64,000 bases of DNA. Origin: Hemiscyllium ocellatum (taxonomy: Eukaryota). The first letter of the stretch is position 1. Every line of letters begins with the position of its first letter. Shown here piece after piece: positions 61,975-64,000 of this stretch. The stretch is from the NCBI RefSeq assembly GCF_020745735.1, contig NC_083423.1, forward strand, positions 15,748,001-15,812,000, given 5' to 3'. The notes under the pieces are model-generated. The model had not been told where the DNA came from and ran no database searches. It worked only from the letters and a program-made list of their open reading frames with translations. The position numbers and the translations under genes are program-made.

Positions 61975-63335
61975 TTTAGGTAAATGATTTGGATATGAAC
62001 ATTGGAGATATGGTTAGTAAGTTTGCAGATGACTGCAAGTAAGGTTACCTCGGAGTACAACAGAATCATGGTCAGATGGGCCAGCGGGCCGAGGAGTGAC
62101 AAATCGAGTTTAATTTGGAGAAATGTGAGGTGCTGCATTTTGGAAAGGTAAATGACACGTTTGCCGTTTTACGACGTTAAAAACAGTCTGAGTAAGAGTA
62201 TCAGATTAATACATCTTGGTGAATTCCAATATTTTTAGACAGGGGGCAGCACGGTGGCTCAGTGTTAGCACTGCTGCCTCACAATACCAAGGACCCGACT
62301 TTGATTCCAGCCTTGAGTGACTGTTGGAGTTTGCACTTTCTCACCGTGTCTGCATGGGTGTCCTCTGGTGCTCCAGTTTCCTCCCAAAATCCAAAGATGT
62401 GCTGGTTAGGTGAATTGGCCATGCTAAATTGCCCATAGTGTTCAGGGATATGAAGGTTGGGTGCATTTGTTAGGGGTAAATTGAGGATAATAGGATAGCG
62501 GAATGGATTTGGGTAGGTTACTCTTTTTGGAGGGTTGGTGTGGACTTGTTGGGCTGAAGGGCCTGTTTCCACGCTCTATCGTTAAGTGAACTTAGAATCC
62601 CTAAAGTCCTGGGCAATGTTGTTGAACAAAGAGACCTTAGAATGCAAGTTCATAGTTCCTTGAAAGTGGATTCAAAGGTAGATAGGATAGTGAAGAAGAC
62701 ATTTGGTATGCTTGCCTTTATTGGTCAGTGCATTGAGATAGTAGTTGGCCATAGTTCCTGTGGCTGAACAGGATATTGGTTAGGCCACAATTGGAATACT
62801 GTGTGCAATTCTGGTCTCCCTGCTGTAGAAAGGATGTGGTGAAACCTGAAAGAGTTCAGAAAAGGTTTACAAGGATGTTGCCACAGATGAAGGTTTGAAC
62901 TAGAGAAAGAAGCTGAATAGACTGGGGTTATTTTCCCTGGAGCGTTGAGGCTGAGGGATGACCCTATAGAGTTTATAAAATCATGAGTGTGATGGATAGG
63001 GTAAACAGCCAAGGTCTTTTCCCTGGAGTCGGTGAGTTGAAAATTAGACTGCATAGGTTGAAAGTGAGAGGGAAAAGATAAAGAAGAGACCTAAGGGGCA
63101 ACTGTTTCATGCAGAGGATGGTGTGTGCATGGAATGAGCTGCCAGAGAAAGTGATGGAAGCTGGTACAATTACAACATTTAAAAGGCATCTGGATGGATA
63201 TATGAATAGGAAGGGTTTAGAGGGATTTCAGCCAAACGCTGGCAAATGGGACTGGATTAATTTCGGATATCTAGTCAGCATGGACAAGTTGGACCGAAGG
63301 GTCTGTTTCCATACTGTATGTCTCTATGACTCTCT
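61975..63335 (+). mobile_element. CR1 3' part interrupted by an HE1-like SINE
   Basis: KFADD, KCEVLHFGK, LEYCVQFWSP; CTCTATGACTCT tail. Confidence 0.85.
62242..62580 (+). mobile_element. HE1-like SINE
   Basis: tRNA head, V core and tail. Confidence 0.88.
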
Positions 63336-63739
63336 AAGAAATATTGCTGTATTTCAACAGTACTGTTTGCCTCTTGCTACTGTGCCAATTTTGAATACAA
63401 CTTGCTATTTCCTGAAATCCTGTGAACATTAACTTTTATGGTCAGTGTACCATGTCAGACTTTTTAAAGCCTTCCTGATATCTCTGTGCTCTTCAGATGT
63501 GCTACCCTCAATGTTCCTTATTGTTATCTCCTCAAACTATTCTGTTATGTTAATTAGAAATTACTTCCCTTTAACAAAGCCATGGTGATTATCCTTGATT
63601 AATTGGCGCATTTTTAATGACAGTCAATACTGTAACTCAGAATTTTTTAATATCATTTTTCTGCTATCAAAGTTAGACTTATTGGTCAATCCCTTGCACA
63701 TTTTTTTAAACAGCCTTCATACCCACCAGCCTACTGATA

Positions 63740-64000
63740 CCAGGGGCTGGGGAGTCCAGAGCTAGAGGGCATAGGTTTAGGGTGAGAGGGGAAAGATGTA
63801 AAAGAGACCTAAGGGTCAACTTTTTCATGTAGAGGGTGGTATGTGTATGGAATGAGCTGCCAGAGGATGTGGTGGAGGCTGATACAATTGCAACATTTAA
63901 GAGGCATTTGGGTGGGTATATGAATAGGAAGGGTTTGGAGGTGTGTGGGCCGGGTGCTGGCAGGTGGGACTAGATTGGGTTCGGATATCTGGTTGGCATG
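63740..64000 (+). mobile_element. CR1 3' fragment running off the window
   Basis: Closely similar to 4515-4770. Confidence 0.9.

Noticed and set aside
1-64000. Prokaryote-type systems (CRISPR arrays, operons, defence islands) and the remaining short ORFs
   Set aside because: No regularly spaced repeat-spacer array; the sequence is vertebrate intron, and the short ORFs are repeat-derived or lack recognisable motifs.

Overview
Vertebrate nuclear DNA, almost certainly from a cartilaginous fish (shark), judged from its elasmobranch-type repeats: HE1/V-type SINEs, CR1, L2, Rex1 and Penelope. The only host coding sequence I can support is one 97-bp internal exon of EXOC4/Sec8 (10088-10184, + strand). 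The rest appears to be intronic, and nearly all ORFs in the track are decayed retroelement pieces or noise. Highlights: (1) a 5.4-kb class I (epsilon-like) endogenous retrovirus at 16471-21850 (-). It has both LTRs, a 5-bp TSD and a tRNA-His PBS, lacks gag/pro/N-terminal RT, carries an unexplained Cys-rich post-integrase region without Env TM hallmarks, and its LTRs diverge unevenly. (2) A CR1-group LINE (693-2586) whose 5' end is a tRNA/SINE-like head running directly into the endonuclease with no room for ORF1; a SINE made of the same head plus the LINE tail lies at 50570-50880. (3) Many Penelope-derived mini-insertions with hammerhead-ribozyme cores, foldback structure and 12-14 bp TSDs. 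(4) A repeat-free intronic block with a dense TGACA (Meis/TALE) motif cluster at about 48260-48880. All alignments and counts were done by eye, and repeat boundaries are approximate.
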